Below are positions 34,638 to 60,937 of a DNA stretch of 64,000 nt, one piece after another. The position numbers and the translations under genes are program-made. Position 1 is the stretch's first letter. Each line of letters starts with the position of its first letter. The stretch lies in NCBI RefSeq assembly GCF_009914755.1, contig NC_060936.1; one strand, given 5' to 3'. Source of the DNA: the human T2T-CHM13v2.0 reference genome, Homo sapiens. Below the pieces are notes generated by a model. The model saw nothing but the letters and a program-made list of their open reading frames with translations, ran no database searches and was not told the origin of the DNA.

Positions 34638-37213
34638 GGACATTGTAAATTCATAATGGACTTTGAAACAAATGGAGTATTTTCACAGATATATAGAACT
34701 TTGCTTAAAATCCCTTTTCTTTCTTAAAGCTTTCATATAAATCAAATATTTTATTTAGATGTTTATTGTTGTTCCTGTCATGTACATGCCACATTATTAT
34801 ATAATTCTACTTAGTATTGCTACAATAAGTTATCTTTTTCTGATGGATTGATTGTACTCTAACTCAGGAAGCATTGTTTCACTTATATATATATCTTTTG
34901 AGGAGTTCTTTTCTTACCTGTGTATGGCTAGATTTGCTTATGAAAGCAAAAAGAGACAAATTGGGAATTTTTTTTTCTTTTTTTTAGTGAAAATGAAAAT
35001 AATACATTAGCAACTGGTTTTCTTATTTTCTGAGATTGTGAGAATGTGAAGTAAGTTATGTATCTAAGATACTGTTAATCTTGACACTAGGTACTATCAC
35101 TGCCTTGCCTGAATCCTGCTGTCTTCTGTCTTCTTTATTCCTATTATTTTTCTCTTTATATTTCAAGAGATATATATTATCTCTTGAGATTTTTATTTCC
35201 CTTCCTTTTTGTTCTTAGCTCCATTCTTATATTATCCAGAGGCACATTTAATCCCACAAGTGGGCCCTAGCCTAGTACTAATATTCAACAAATATTGAAT
35301 CCTTGTATCTGCCAGTTACTATGCTAAAAGATTATTTCCTGACAGAAAGGCATTTTTAGAGTCATGTTAACCTTTATGACTGTTCAGGATATTTGTTGCT
35401 GTTACAGTGACTGACTGAGCTTTGTTCATTGTTGAACTCTAGGCTGGTTACCTTTGAGCTACTGCTACTGTTGCCATACTTTCCTGAATTTCTAGTAACC
35501 ATGTTGTATAGAACGGGTTGAAAAAGTGGCCAGAAACTAGATTAGCTTATCGTCATTCCTCTAATTATATCAGGGATATTTTTGGCTTTTGGAATGTTAT
35601 TGATCATAACATCAGTCTGAATTCTCTCTCCTACAGTCCCCATTTACTTACTGAACTCAGCAATTGGTGGTAATTTTACACAGTACCAGAATTTAGAGTG
35701 TTGTGATGATTCAGAAATGTTTTTAGTTACACTAAACTGAATGTCATTGAAGATTGAGTCTATACCTACAAGATGTTTAATTTATGTTGAGGATATAATT
35801 TACTTACCTAGCAGCTTTTCATCCACAGTGTCTAAAAGATGAAAAGTCCCCCAACCCCAAATCTATGAAACATCTCTTCTTTCCCAAATCACGTATGTAA
35901 TGAAGTAAATGATATTTTGATCTTATATAATTTTTATGTCAAAATATGTAAATGACTGCATATGCCTAACATATAGCCCTGAAGGATTTAAAATGTCTGT
36001 GAGTTTGGAGTTGCAAAGGTACTGGGCAGAGCTTTGTATTGGACTGATAGGGGAATGCCATGGCAATAAAGATCCTGAGAAATATACAACCTAAGTAGGT
36101 ATGCCAGATAGTGACATTTGTTGGCTTTGGAACACTGGAGTATTTATAATGGAAAAATAGCACAGAGTAATCTAAAATAGCAAATATAATTGTATAGGGA
36201 ATGTGGAGTAAAGGATATTAAAAACTTGCTGGGAAATTAGAATTTTCAGTGGGCTAATGAGGGAAAACATAAGGTAGTTAAACAGGTGATGAGAGGATAT
36301 ATTAAAGGCTAAAGAAGGGCATGTACAAAGACAGGGTATAAACATCTCATAAGTGTCTTTTTACATGTAGTTGATTCAATCCTAATACTTGTAGAGGGCC
36401 AGTGGTGAAGAGGAGGGAGCCTACGCAGTATTCTTAGTCTGCAGGAGAGAAAATACACGTTACCTCTCACTATCCAAATTCTTACTAGAGATTAAAGAGT
36501 TAGATAAACTTCTTGAGAAATCTCTTACTGTACACATTCTTGCCACTTGATATTCAAAGATCAGGAACCAGGCTGATTTGGACAACTTGTTATCTACGCC
36601 TTACTCTCTGAACTCGGAACCTCATAAATTTGGATAGTGAGGAATACATTATTCTTTTATTCAGCACTAAATCTATTAAACATATTTAAGGAATGGCATA
36701 TGCCAGCCTGGGCAACATTGTAATACCCGGTCTCTACAAAATATAAACAAGAAATTATCTGGACATGGTGGTGCACACCTTGTAGTCCCAGCTACTCAGG
36801 AGGCTAAGGCAAGAGATTGCTTGAGCCCAGGATTTTGAGGCTGCAGTGAGCCATGATTGCACCACTGCACTCCAGCCTGTGTGACAGAGTGAGACCTTGT
36901 CTCAAAAAAAAAAAAAAAAGAAAGCAAAGGAAAAATTTATGTTTATAATCAAGAGAAAAGAATGTAAAATAATACATGGTATATAATACATGTACATATA
37001 ACATGATACAGGGATAGAAGTAGGATTATAACCTGTTAATATGGCTGGCTACCTGACTTCCCATGTGTTTCATCAGGTTTTGATTGTTAAAAAAAAGTTT
37101 TAGGAATCATGATTTAATTCATTTTTAAAAGCATTAATGTCTATGTACTTGAAATGAAGTTTATTACTTCATAGTTCATTGAAATTTTAATATATTTTAA
37201 AATTTATTTTTAG

Positions 37214-37312
<99 letters not shown>

Positions 37313-37379
37313 TAGTTGTAGATTTGGTCAGGTTGTTTTCACTTCGTTGACATCCCATATGAGAATAATCAGCTTCTTT

Positions 37380-39236
<1,857 letters not shown>

Positions 39237-39493
39237 TGTATCTAGCCAATCAACATTGACCAGTTCTTAACATGGGACTGTATTAAATCAACTTTTGATA
39301 TTTGCAAGAGTTACACTTTGAGACTTGACACATTACCAGATTCATAAATACCATTGTAGTATATTAGTAATGTCTTTATTTTTATTTTAACTATTTTTAA
39401 ATGGATATACCTATATTCTATCGATTAAATGTGGGTAAAAAAGCTGAGTTGATTTTTAATTATTAGTTCCTTGCTCATCTCTGTTTGGTTTAG

Positions 39494-39670
<177 letters not shown>

Positions 39671-40464
39671 TAATTTAATGAGATGCTTATTTTACAATGG
39701 TAAATCTACCCTTGAGAAAGGAATTTTTCTCTTTAAAAACAGTATCTCTGGTTTTGAATACAAATTTAAAAGATAATGCTTTCCTATTTTTGTTTATAAA
39801 AATAGAAATTCTGATGGAAAATAAGGTTATTAAGTTGCTATACAGACTAGGCGAAAATATTTTACAACTTTATTTGTAATGGTTACCTAATAATTTAAAA
39901 ATAATACGGTGGCTTTGCAAAAAGGATTTCTTGTTTTGTGACCTAGGTATTTGAATAGTTGACTTTTAAGAATAAATAACATAGCCAGGTGTGGTCACAT
40001 GTGCCTGCCGTCCCAGCTACTCAGAAGGCTGAGATGGGAGCATTGCGTGAGGCCAGGAGTTCAAAGTCAGCCCGGGCAACATAGACTCTGTCTGTTAAAA
40101 AAAACCAAAACACAGTAGGTAATCATTGTAGATTATTATGGTACAGTAGAGAATTATGGTATCTACATTCTGCAGAGGTAGATAATATTTAGACATGCTC
40201 AAGGCACAGGGGATTTTTAGAAATGAAGGTAAAATCCTTTCATGAAGCATTTTAGCCCCAAGGATTAGTTCATACTGTGGGTCACTGATGCTTGACTAAT
40301 GATGTAGTGCACATCTCATAGTATATATAAAATGCTAGCTTGTAAGAGAGTGGTTACTATTGTTGCTAACAAATGTATGCATGGCCTCATATAGAAACCA
40401 TTTTTTTCACCTTACTATTCAGAGGGTCTGAAGGTTGTGTCATGTTTTTCTTTCCCTGCTTTGA

Positions 40465-40737
<273 letters not shown>

Positions 40738-41052
40738 TAGTAGAGACGGGGTTTCACCGTGTTAGCCAGGATGGTCTCGATCTCCTGACCTCGTGATCCG
40801 CCCGCCTCGGCCTCCCAGAGTGCTGGGATTACAGGTGTGAGCCACCGTGCTTGGCCCCAATATTTTATATTTCAAGTTTTTAAGAAACTCTTTTTTACCA
40901 CTTGAGTAAATAATGTTCATTTCAGTTAAATTAAAAGATAAACTATATCAAAGAGTTTATTTACATTTTATTTTTATTATTTAAAGTAGACTGGGCTCAG
41001 TGGCTCATGCCCGTAATACCAAGCACTTTGGGAGGCCAAGGTGGGTGGATCA

Positions 41053-41301
<249 letters not shown>

Positions 41302-42503
41302 TTAAGCATTTTATATGTATAAACTCTATTTTAAACTGACCCTTGAGCCATAGATATTGTCATATTTTTAATCTAATCTTTTTTTTTTTTTTTTGGATGT
41401 AGGGTCTCACTCTGTTGCCCAGGCCTGGAGTGCAGTGGCACAATCATGCCTCACTGCAAACTTGCAGTCCTGGGCTCAAGTGATCTTCCCACCTCAGTCT
41501 CCCAAAGTGTTGGGATTGCAAGAGTGAGCCACTGCACCTGGTTTGATTACTAATCATAATCTAGTAATACATCATAAGGAAATAATCCAGCCCAGTATTA
41601 TTTATAGTATAAAAAATTAGAAACAACTTAATATGGCCAGCAGTTGGAAAGATTAAGTAAATTATAATAATAAAATATGAAATAATTAAAAAGGATGATT
41701 TTGTAGATTTGTAGCAGTACAGAAAAATGCTTGTAGGCTGGGCATGGTGGCTCACACTTGTAATCCCAGCACTTTGGGAGGCTGAGGTGAGCGGATCGCT
41801 TGAGACCAGAAGTTCCAGAGCAGCCTGACCAACATGGTGAAACCCCATCTCTCTAAAAATACAAAAATTAGCCAGGCATGGTGGTGCATGCCTGTAGTCC
41901 CAGCTACTGGGGAGGCTGAGACATGAGAATCACTTGAACTGTGGAGGCGAAGGTTACAATGAGCCGAGATTGTGCCACTGCATTTCAGCCTGGACAACAG
42001 AGTAGGACAGTCTCAAAAAAAAAGAAAAATGCTTGTAACTGAAAAATACCATAGGTAAAATTGTACACTATGCAGAGCAGTTGGAACTCTCACACGTTGC
42101 TGGTGGGAGTGGTGTAGTCATTTTGGGAAACAGTCTGGCAGTTTCTTATAAAGTTAAATTAGCAGTCCCGTTCCTAGGTGTTTAACCATGTTAAGTGAGA
42201 ACCAGTGTTCATATAAAAAACTATATGCAAATGTCTACAGCAGCTTTATTCATAATTTTCAAAAACTAGAAACAACTCACATATTCCTCAGATGGGGAGT
42301 GAAACTAAAGTATGGTACATTCCATACAATGGGACACTACTCTGCAATAAAAAGGAATGGACTATTAATATACAAGAACACGGATGAATCTCAAATGCAT
42401 TATGCTAAATGAAAGAAGCCAGACTCAAAAGGTTATGTACTATCTGATTTCGTTTATATAACACTCTAGAAAAGGCAAAACTAGGAATGGAAAACTGGTT
42501 TGA

Positions 42504-42785
<282 letters not shown>

Positions 42786-42979
42786 TAGAGACAGAGTTTC
42801 ACCACTTTGCCCAGACTGGTCTCGAACTCCTGGGCTCAAGCAATCTGTCTGCCTTGGCCTTCCAAAGTGTTAGGATTACAGGCATGGGCCATATCACCTG
42901 GATGTAAATTTTATACAGATTTTTGAAATGCTTACAAAATAGCCCTAAGAGTCAACAAAAAATTACATGTGAAAAAAAT

Positions 42980-44802
<1,823 letters not shown>

Positions 44803-44866
44803 TGATGACAGAGGTAATACTAAGTGGGATTGTAGATGAGGGTTTTCCTTTATTAACACTAAATAG

Positions 44867-45067
<201 letters not shown>

Positions 45068-45704
45068 TAAGAATTGGGATAAGCATTCTTAGAATGGGAT
45101 AAGCATTCTCACTTCAGAGCAAGTCTGAATTTCTAAAATCTGTTTGAAATGTGATGCTGTACTATATTTTTTCTCCCTTTTATTATGATCTTGGTATTGC
45201 TAAAGAATCCGTTGCCCTAAAGGGAGAAAAGAGAGAGAATTTTTTTTTTTTTTTGAAATAGGGTCTCTCTCTGTTGCCTAGGCTGGAATGCAGTGGCGTG
45301 ATTGTGGCTCATTGTAGCATCAACCTCTGGGCTCAAGTGATCCTTTCACTTCAGCCTTTCAAGTAGCTGAGACTATAGGTGTGTATCACCACACCTGGCT
45401 AATTTTAAATTTTTTTGTAGTGACAAGGTCTTGCCATGTTGCCCAGGCTTGTCTCGACTTCCTGGGCTCAAGCAATCCTCCAACCTTGGTTTCCCAGGTG
45501 CTGGGATTACAGGCATGAGCCACTGTGCCTGCCCCATAGACATTTTTACTGGAAAATGTTTCTAAAGTAAGCAATACCACAAAATGGAAGAAATGTTGTA
45601 ATAGCCAGGCTTTAAGAATTCTTGCCTATCATGTTAAGCTATGTATGAGGAGGTACTGGGTAAGGGAAAAATTATCTAATGTGCACCCAATCGAGAAAGA
45701 GTTT

Positions 45705-46027
45705 AAGGTGGCAGGATTTTAATAGATTGGTTTTAATCCCTGGCATTAGTGATGCTTCTGTGTAATTGCCAGGATGTGACTTGGAGAAATTGTATTAAAG
45801 GTATCCTAATTTATAAATAGTTGGTATTAAAAACTGGGAAAAGGAAACTAGTATTGAGTGTCTAATTAAAGGTGACAAGATTTTAATAGATTGGTTTAAT
45901 CCCTAGCATTAGTGATTCTGTGTAATTGCCAGGATGTGACTTGGAGAAATTTTATTAAAGGTATCCTAATTATAAATAGTTGGTATTAAAAATCGGGAAA
46001 AGGAAATTATTATTGAGTGTCTAATTA
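45705..46027. repeat. Tandem duplication of about 160 bp of non-repeat intron sequence
   Basis: 45705-45868 versus 45869-46027 align end to end with scattered substitutions and small indels. Confidence 0.95.
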
Positions 46028-46719
46028 CGTTTTAGACACTCTACTGTGAGCAATTTGCAAATGGTATCTCTTGGAATCCTCACAGCATCCCCTGAGGTAG
46101 GTGTTGATGTCTATTTTATAATCAGAAACCTCAGGTTATACATTTAACCAAAAGTCACGTGGGTAGTGAAAGAGCTGGATTCGGATGAATATCTCTTTTA
46201 GTCCAAAGCCTTCATATGGTAGGAAACACTGAAATTATCATGAAATCTGAGTTATAGTCCTAGTTCTTACATAAACTAGATACAACGTAGGTTTAAATGA
46301 CACCTAATGTCTTTGGGTCTCAAGCCTTTAGAAAATGAAAATGTTTTTACTGCCTGATACATAAGATCCATTCCAGTTGTCTGCTTCTATTTTAATGTCC
46401 TTCCATTCCAACCCTACTGTCATTCTCCCATCCCCACTGTCATTCTCCCATCCCCACTCCCAATTCCAGCTGTCTCCTTTTTCAGGTAAGGAGGTGGCCT
46501 AACACTGTTCGTTGTTTGTAGATGATTGTTCTTCAAGTTAACTTAATTATTTTTGGGAGAAATTAGTTCCCTGTCCATGGATAAAATATACAGTTGACTA
46601 AGATACTCTTATATTTTTATACCTGTCTATACCTGTTACTTATTGTTTTTGTCTATAGTTAATGGTAATAATGAGGCCTACTCTATTTAGGCACTAGTTA
46701 CTTACAATTCACTTAGTTC

Positions 46720-46880
46720 AAGTCTTGGCTATGCCAGTTAGTGTGTGACCTGGGGTAAGTTAGTTTTTGTGAGCCTCAGTTCCTTGCTATACAATGGGGT
46801 AATAATACCTGCCACATAAAATTATTGTGAGAATTAAATAAAACAGTCCCTGTCAGGTATTAGAGAACAATGCCTGGTGC
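46720..46880 (+). mobile_element. MIR
   Basis: Core tgtgtgacctggggtaagtta..gagcctcagttcc..aatggggtaataatacct..gtgagaattaaa. Other MIR-like pieces at about 16870-17060 and 46030-46210. Confidence 0.7.
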
Positions 46881-46925
46881 TGTCATCATCTAAGGTAGGA
46901 AGAGGACAACAGTTAAGCTGAATAG

Positions 46926-47081
<156 letters not shown>

Positions 47082-47789
47082 TAATTTTTTTACCTTTTGG
47101 AAATGAGATGTGTTTGTTTTTACCAATTGGTGTCTGAGAGGGTTCATTTTCAGTTCCTTACATTTTCATACTGTTCCTAACAGCTTCACTTATGGTTTCT
47201 TATATAGTAGGTTCCTGAAGAGTAGATGTCTCTGTTTTTATTGGGGTGGTTGACATTACATCATCACGTAGTCTAGAATGAATGTACAAGTGATTTTAAA
47301 ATGTTTTAATTACGAAAATTTTGACAGTTAATTTAGTTTTGTGGCTAGAACTAGAGATGACTTCATTTCCACTTTGCATTTCAGGAACTGATTAAAATTT
47401 GTAATTTTCACATTATCTATTCTTACCTTAGAATGTGTTTTATTTACCAGGAAAGGGAGATGGAAAAACAAAGAAATAGAATGTCTTTTATTTCTATTCA
47501 CTGTAGAAATAACTATACGTTGGATTCTGAATACCCACTGATGTGTGGGGACTAGAAGCCCTTTCTAGATGATTTATAAATGACTGAAGTGGAAGCCATT
47601 TTCTCTTACTTTTATCTTATTCCCTAAAGACTGATAGACTTGGATCTTAATAAGGTTGATTTTCACTTTGCTGGGTACCAATTGTAAATGACAAGTCAAT
47701 GAAACCAAAATTATATAGGAAGAATTGATTGGGTGGCTTATTTTCTCTGTGGTAATTGCAGTAATATGAAAATAATTTGCATTTTTTCC

Positions 47790-48599
47790 TTGCTTTTATT
47801 ATTTAGGAAAAACCAATCAAAATTGTTTTTTTCCTTTTCACACACAGTTAATCAGTATAGCACAGAATGCTTTTGAGAGCAGATATATGGGGAGTTTTCC
47901 CCATACATCAAGCAAGGAATTCTCCAGGGGATTCTAGCTGAATGTCCTTTAATTCAATGCTAACACTGTTTACCTGGAGATAGTGTCAGCGCCCACAGGT
48001 TGAGGGTTCAGTCCCACAAGACTGCCCCCAAGTCAGATGCCAGTTGTAAGCACAGGTTGTAGCCTGTGTTTCTGACTGACAGGCTATAAGTCAGGGTACC
48101 CATGATCCCCTTTTCATGTTTGATGAATTTGTTAGAGTGGCTCACAGAGGTCAGGGAAACACTACTTAGCATATACCCACTTACTGTAAAGCATATTACA
48201 AAGGATATAGATAAATAGCCAGATGAAGAGATGCACAGGGCTGGGCATGTGGGAAGGAATGTGGAGCTTCCGTGCCCTCTCTGGGCACACCACACTCCAG
48301 GAACCTTCATGTGTTCAACTCTCTGAAGACTCCATGAACTGTGTCCTTTTGAGTTTTTATGGAAGCTTCATTGGCCATTGGTGATCAGCTCAATGTTTGG
48401 CCTCTCTCCTCTCTTCTGAGGCTGTTCTGGTGACCAGCTCCCATCCTGAAGCTATCTAGGGACCCCCAGCCACCAGTCATCTCATTAGCATGCAGAGACA
48501 CTCTAAACACCCTTAATGCTCTTGGAGAGTCCAAGGATTTTAGGAGCTGACTGCCAGGAAATGAAGACAAAGACCAAATATATATTTCACAGTATCACA
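47790..48599. mobile_element. MER21-type LTR
   Basis: tacctggagatagtgtcag..cccacaggttgagggttcagtcccacaagactgcccc and terminal atatatttcacagtatcaca, characteristic of the MER21 family (recalled). Confidence 0.7.
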
Positions 48600-48640
48600 T
48601 TTGCCAGGACAAATTATTTGATAGGTTTTCCCCATTGTAA

Positions 48641-48919
<279 letters not shown>

Positions 48920-49423
48920 TAAGTAAGAAATTTTTCTGTAGATTTGGTTACCTAGATTGCTAGGTCACTTTTCCTTTTGTGAAGATGACTTCAGCTCAGA
49001 TTATCTGATTAAGATTTATTTTCTATAAAACAAAAATATAACTTTGTAGAGATAATAGGATGATGTCTGGTTGTGTGAAAATATGCTTTGTAAATGATAT
49101 AAAGCAAAGTAAAATTGTCACATATTTTTAAATATTTTAATATTTTATAAGTATTTACTTATTTTTATAAGTATTTAATAAGTATTAAATATTTTAATAA
49201 GTATTTAAAAATAATTTAGCTTTTAAAGTGTTTGTTTCTTTAGTACACACAGTATAATTGCTCACAAAAATTAGAAAATGCAGATAAGTAAAAATAAAAC
49301 ATAAAAACAAAATTACATGTTGGTGTGCACCTGTAGTCCCAGCTACTCAGAAGGCTGAGGTAGGAGAATTCCTTGAGCTCAGGAGTTCAAGTCCAGCCTG
49401 GGCAACATATTGAAATTCCATCC

Positions 49424-53789
<4,366 letters not shown>

Positions 53790-55058
53790 ACCCTATCTCT
53801 GAAAATGGAAAAAAAAACCACTCTTAATTTCACCAACCTGAGATAATTCCTAAAATTTGGCATTGACCTAGGCATTTTTGTATGCATCTACAACACATAG
53901 ATGCCTATACTACATGTCTTTAAAAATCAGATGCTATACCTATCTTGGAATCATTTCTCAAATCATGTAACAAATAACTTTCTGTCTCATACATTATCAG
54001 TCTGAAGATTTGCATAGTATTTTACTTTTTAGATATACCCTCATTTGTTAGGCCAGTCTCCTACTACTGGATAGTTTGTTTTCTGTTATATACACATATA
54101 AGCTGTGATGGACTACCTGCATCTGTCTTTGGGGCTTTGTGTCCAAGTAAACACTGAGGATAAATTTGTAGAAGTAAGTTTATTAGATTAAAGGATATAA
54201 CATCCTTAGAATCTTTCATTACATATTGCATATTGTTAGCATATTGTACTGTTTTACTACCAGCAAGAACATCCATTTCTCTACACCCTCATTAGAACAC
54301 CTTTTTATTTTGAAATAATTATAGACTCACAGGAAGTTGCAGGGTGATGTACAGGGAGGTCCCATGCACCCTCCACTGTGTACCCTTTCCCCCATCTCCC
54401 CCACTGTTGGACATCTTGCATAACTATAGTACAATAACAAAGTGAGAAAATTGGACATGGGTACAATCCACAGAGCTTGTTCAGATTTATACGTGAATTT
54501 GTGTGTGTGTGTATGTGTAGTTCTGTATACTTTAGTGTGCCCAAGATGGTCTTCATATGAGTCAACTCCGTAAAGAGAGTATTTATCAGACTAATTATTG
54601 GTTATATGTACGGCATATTGAGAAAAATAGATTACCACAAATGGGCCTTTGAAGAGTTTAGTGGGTAAAGTAGGTCAAGGTAATACTGGGCTTGATTAGG
54701 CTGCAAAAGTATAACTTTTATTTAAATACTTCTTATTGTTAGATATAATTCATATTCAGAAAAGTACATACAGTGTATATGCACACTTTATAAACAGTTA
54801 ATAAACCAATTATCTGTGTCCACCTAATCAAGCGTTTCAGACACTGAAGAGAGACCATTTACATTTATTTCAGGGTTTGGGAGAACTCCACATTTAAGAA
54901 GGCATTTGAATTGGGCTCTGAATAGAATTTGAGAAGGCAGTAATGAGAGGGCATTTTAGGCTTGGCAACAGCAAAGAATAATGCAAGAATAATGTTTTTG
55001 GAGAACAGCAAGTATAGTGATGGGACATAATAGGAGATAAGGCAGGAAGGGTGTCTAG

Positions 55059-55306
<248 letters not shown>

Positions 55307-55382
55307 TGATCCACCTGCCCTGGCTTCCCAAAGTGCTGGGATTACAGGCATGAGCCACTGTGCCCAGTCCCCCTTTTTTTGA

Positions 55383-55640
<258 letters not shown>

Positions 55641-56425
55641 TGAGCCACCGCGCCCAGCCGAAATTCTTATCTATTAAGCAATTACTCATTCCCCTCTCCT
55701 CCCTCCAGCCCTGGTAACCTCTAATTTAATTAATTAATTACTTTATTACTTTGAGACAGAGCCTCACTTTATTGCCGAGGCTGGAATGCAGTGGCACAGT
55801 TTGGGCCAGTCTCTGCCTCCCAGGTTCAAGCAATCATCCTGCCTCAGCCTCCTGAGTAGCTGGGACTACAGGTGCCCACCACCACACCTGGCTAATTTTT
55901 GTATTTGTTTGCATTTTTAGTAGAGACTGGGTTTCACCATGTTGGCCAGGCTAGTCTTGAACTCCTGACCTCAGGTGATCTGCCCACCTCAGCCTTCCAA
56001 AGTGTTGGGATTACAGGTGTGAGCCACTGTGCCTGGCCGAATTTACTTTCTGTCTCTGAATTTGCCTATTGTAGATATTTCATATAAATTGAATCATTCA
56101 GTATTTGTCCTTTTGTGCTTGGCTTACTTCTGTTAGCATAATATTAGACTAGTACTTTTTGCCTGAGCTAGTATAAAAAAGTACTCAATAGTGATTGTAA
56201 AAATAGAGAGGAAGGGATGATTTGGGGAGGCATTATAAAGGTATTTGTAGAATTCAGATGGACTTGAATTTAAAAAAAGATAATACCAGGGTTTCTAGTT
56301 ATTAAACAAGATAGGAAACATAAGGTGCTCAGTAACTATATCAAGAGATTTAATTTGTCTAAGGCTGGGCGTGGTGGCTCATGCCTGTAATCTCAGCACT
56401 TTGGGAGGCCGAGGTGGGCAGATCA

Positions 56426-56759
<334 letters not shown>

Positions 56760-56802
56760 TCACTTGAGGTCAGGAGTTTGAGACAAGCCTGGCTAACAAG
56801 CT

Positions 56803-56938
56803 ATACTTATTTATTTACATATTGTCTATGGCTGCTTATGTGCTTAATGGTAGAGTTGAGTAGTTGCAGCAGAGACTGTATGGCCTGAAAAGCCTAAAAT
56901 ACTATGTGACCCTTTATGGAAAAAGTTTGCCAACCTCT
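56803..56938. mobile_element. MER58-like hAT DNA transposon fragment
   Basis: gagttgagtagttgcagcagagac...aagcctaaaata...aaaaagtttgccaacctct; joined directly to a truncated Alu monomer. Confidence 0.7.
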
Positions 56939-57170
56939 ACTTCAGATTGTGAATCAATGGAAATAAATATAAGGCACTGTTTCCTGTCCTCAAGGAAAAC
57001 TAGGGCAGAGAAAAGGTGCTTAGCAATTCTTAGTTAACTGTTGATTTATGTCAGAACATTTATTATATTTACATATATATAATTTAATGATTCCTTTTCC
57101 CCTTTAAAAAAATTAGAGAAACTAGTTCATAATGAGCTGAGTTAGAACACATGGTAATGGGAATGAATGA

Positions 57171-57449
<279 letters not shown>

Positions 57450-57619
57450 TGAGGTTAAAGTTTTTCTTACCCATATACTGTGTCTTTTTAAATTTAATTA
57501 TACAGTTTATTTTGCTCTCATATTTGAAATTAAAAAGCATTTTTCATGAAAAGTACCAAAAATGTGACTTTCTTAACCCTTGGGAAGAACTGAAATTACA
57601 TATATAATAAGAGTTCTAA

Positions 57620-57820
<201 letters not shown>

Positions 57821-58132
57821 TGAACTAGAAAAGGACATGAAGTGGTGGTTTCACTGGGTGGAAGGAAATGTATAAGATGGGATACAAGGTAAAATCTGTA
57901 GTTCCCTTACCTGAAAGTGATTTGAAATAGGATTCTTAAATGTAGTCTCCAAATTGAATTCAGTATTTCTGTGATCATTAAGTAAAAGAAAATGACTGTT
58001 AGCCTGGCATGGTGGCTTCTACATGTAGTCTCAGCTACTTGGGAGGCTAAGGTGGGAGGATGGCTTAGTGAGACTATGACTTAAAAAAAAAACAAAAAAC
58101 AAACACGTTTTTCTTTCATCTACCATTTGTAG

Positions 58133-58258
<126 letters not shown>

Positions 58259-58987
58259 TAGTAAAAGTTTAAATTTTTGCTTGGCTGCTTTTTAATAAGC
58301 ATTATATGGTTACTTTAGAGTGTAGGCATAATGTTTTCCAGTGTATTGGGAGGAAAAACAAGTTGAGTTTCAGTCTCATTTTAAAGGAAAATTTTTAATA
58401 ATTCTGGTATAAAGTGCATTTTTTCTTCATATTTTAATCATTGTTAGCCTGCAGGCATGGGTTTTCTTGAAAATAGATTTATGATTGAGGGGTGTGAATA
58501 GCTTTGCTGTATTATTTAGTACCACTGATCTTAAGAGAAAATTAGTTCCATCTTTAGCCTCAGTAAACTGAGCATTTATAGCACACTGTTACTTTGAGGT
58601 ACATCGGAGTAATCTGGCCACTTCTGCAGTTTGCTTGTTATGACCTAATAACTATAATATCGTAGTTGCTTGCTACTATTCTGTGGGTTGCTGCTATCCA
58701 CACAAATAAAAATGCTGAAATTGGCAGAAATATGGGATAAGCATTTAAAATTGCCCTCATGCCTCTAATTGTTGGCTGGGTTTTTTGTTTTTTGTTTTCT
58801 TTCTGATCACTAAAAGTGCATTTGGGTCCTTGGCTCAGGATGGTGAACCCCGTGGAGGTTTACTAAGAGTACAAAACCATCCTTGGAATGTAAGTGCTGC
58901 TGCTTGGTTGTTTCTTTAGCAAGGATAGCCCTCAGATTCTGATGTCTAAGACTGAATTTAGCCCAGAATCATTGGACCTTCATTTTA

Positions 58988-59377
<390 letters not shown>

Positions 59378-59993
59378 TCAAACAAACAAACAAACAAAAA
59401 GACTTAGCAATTCTGTAGAGGGCTGGATAAATTAATTTTAACTTTTCTTTTTTATTTTCCTCTTAGGATTTTGAACTACATATAATATTTTAACTAGGTG
59501 CTTTATAGTTAAGGCTAATCAGTCACTACCTCAGGTCCTTAGATGTATCCTTTACCCAAATAAGTTAACATCTTTAACTTATGCCTTGTTACGAACTTAT
59601 TTTCTTATTGTTGAAAATGAACTAAAAAAGTGACAGGGAATAGTGGATGATCTGAAGTTTTAATAGCAAAGTTGCATAAAGTGTTGGAATTTAGATTTGC
59701 ATTAGGTAGATGACTATTTTTCCCTAAGAGTAAAATACTTGTAGTTACTTTAATGTTATTTTTCCCTCTTAGAAATGCAGTTTTAGATGCTGAAATGTAA
59801 ATAATTTTAAAGCTAGAGTAAATTATTGTTTGGCATAAGATTTATCAGTTGGAATATAATTATCAAGTAATTTAGGCATAAGTTTCCTGTACTTTTTCGG
59901 TATTGTCTGTTTCATAAGTTTTATATATAAATTTCTCAAAGTAAAATATGGTTGATGTATTTTTGTATATCGCCTAACTTACTTTTTTTCTAG

Positions 59994-60167
<174 letters not shown>

Positions 60168-60790
60168 TAACTATAAAATAGACATGTGCCACATTAGTGC
60201 CTGCTGCATGTCAGGAAATATGCTGAGGGGATTACATTGTTTTCTTAATTCTCAAAACCACCTGCAGGCATTATTACTTTCTGCTTATGAAATTGAAATT
60301 CAGAAAGAATCTGAAAATTCATTGATTTGGTGTGACTGGCTCTATTTTGGTAACTTATAGTTTATACAGGGGAAGTGTGTACAACAAAGTATTTAAAATT
60401 CTTTTCATTTGGCTTTGAAAGCTGTGAAGGAAACACTCAAGAATTAACCAACTTAGCATAAATTTGGAAAAGCAGAGTGCTTTTTTCACCACTACTGGGG
60501 TGGCTGCATTTCATGGATCTTTTCTTTCCTTTTGATTTTAATGTAACAAATTGAATAAGATCTCAGATGGAGCCAAGGCTGGTGGACAGAGCAATTTATC
60601 CAGAAGCCATTTTTTTTCTCTGCCGCTTTTCTCCAAAAATAGTACATTTTTCTGCTACTCCCTAATTCAGTAAGACCTGAGTCCCCTGCTATACCAAATT
60701 TCCTCTTCTGCATATCCATGGTGAGAAAATTGTAAACATGCAATTCAGAAGCTGGAAGGGATCCTGTGTTATTGACTTCAACTCTGGTTA

Positions 60791-60937
<147 letters not shown>

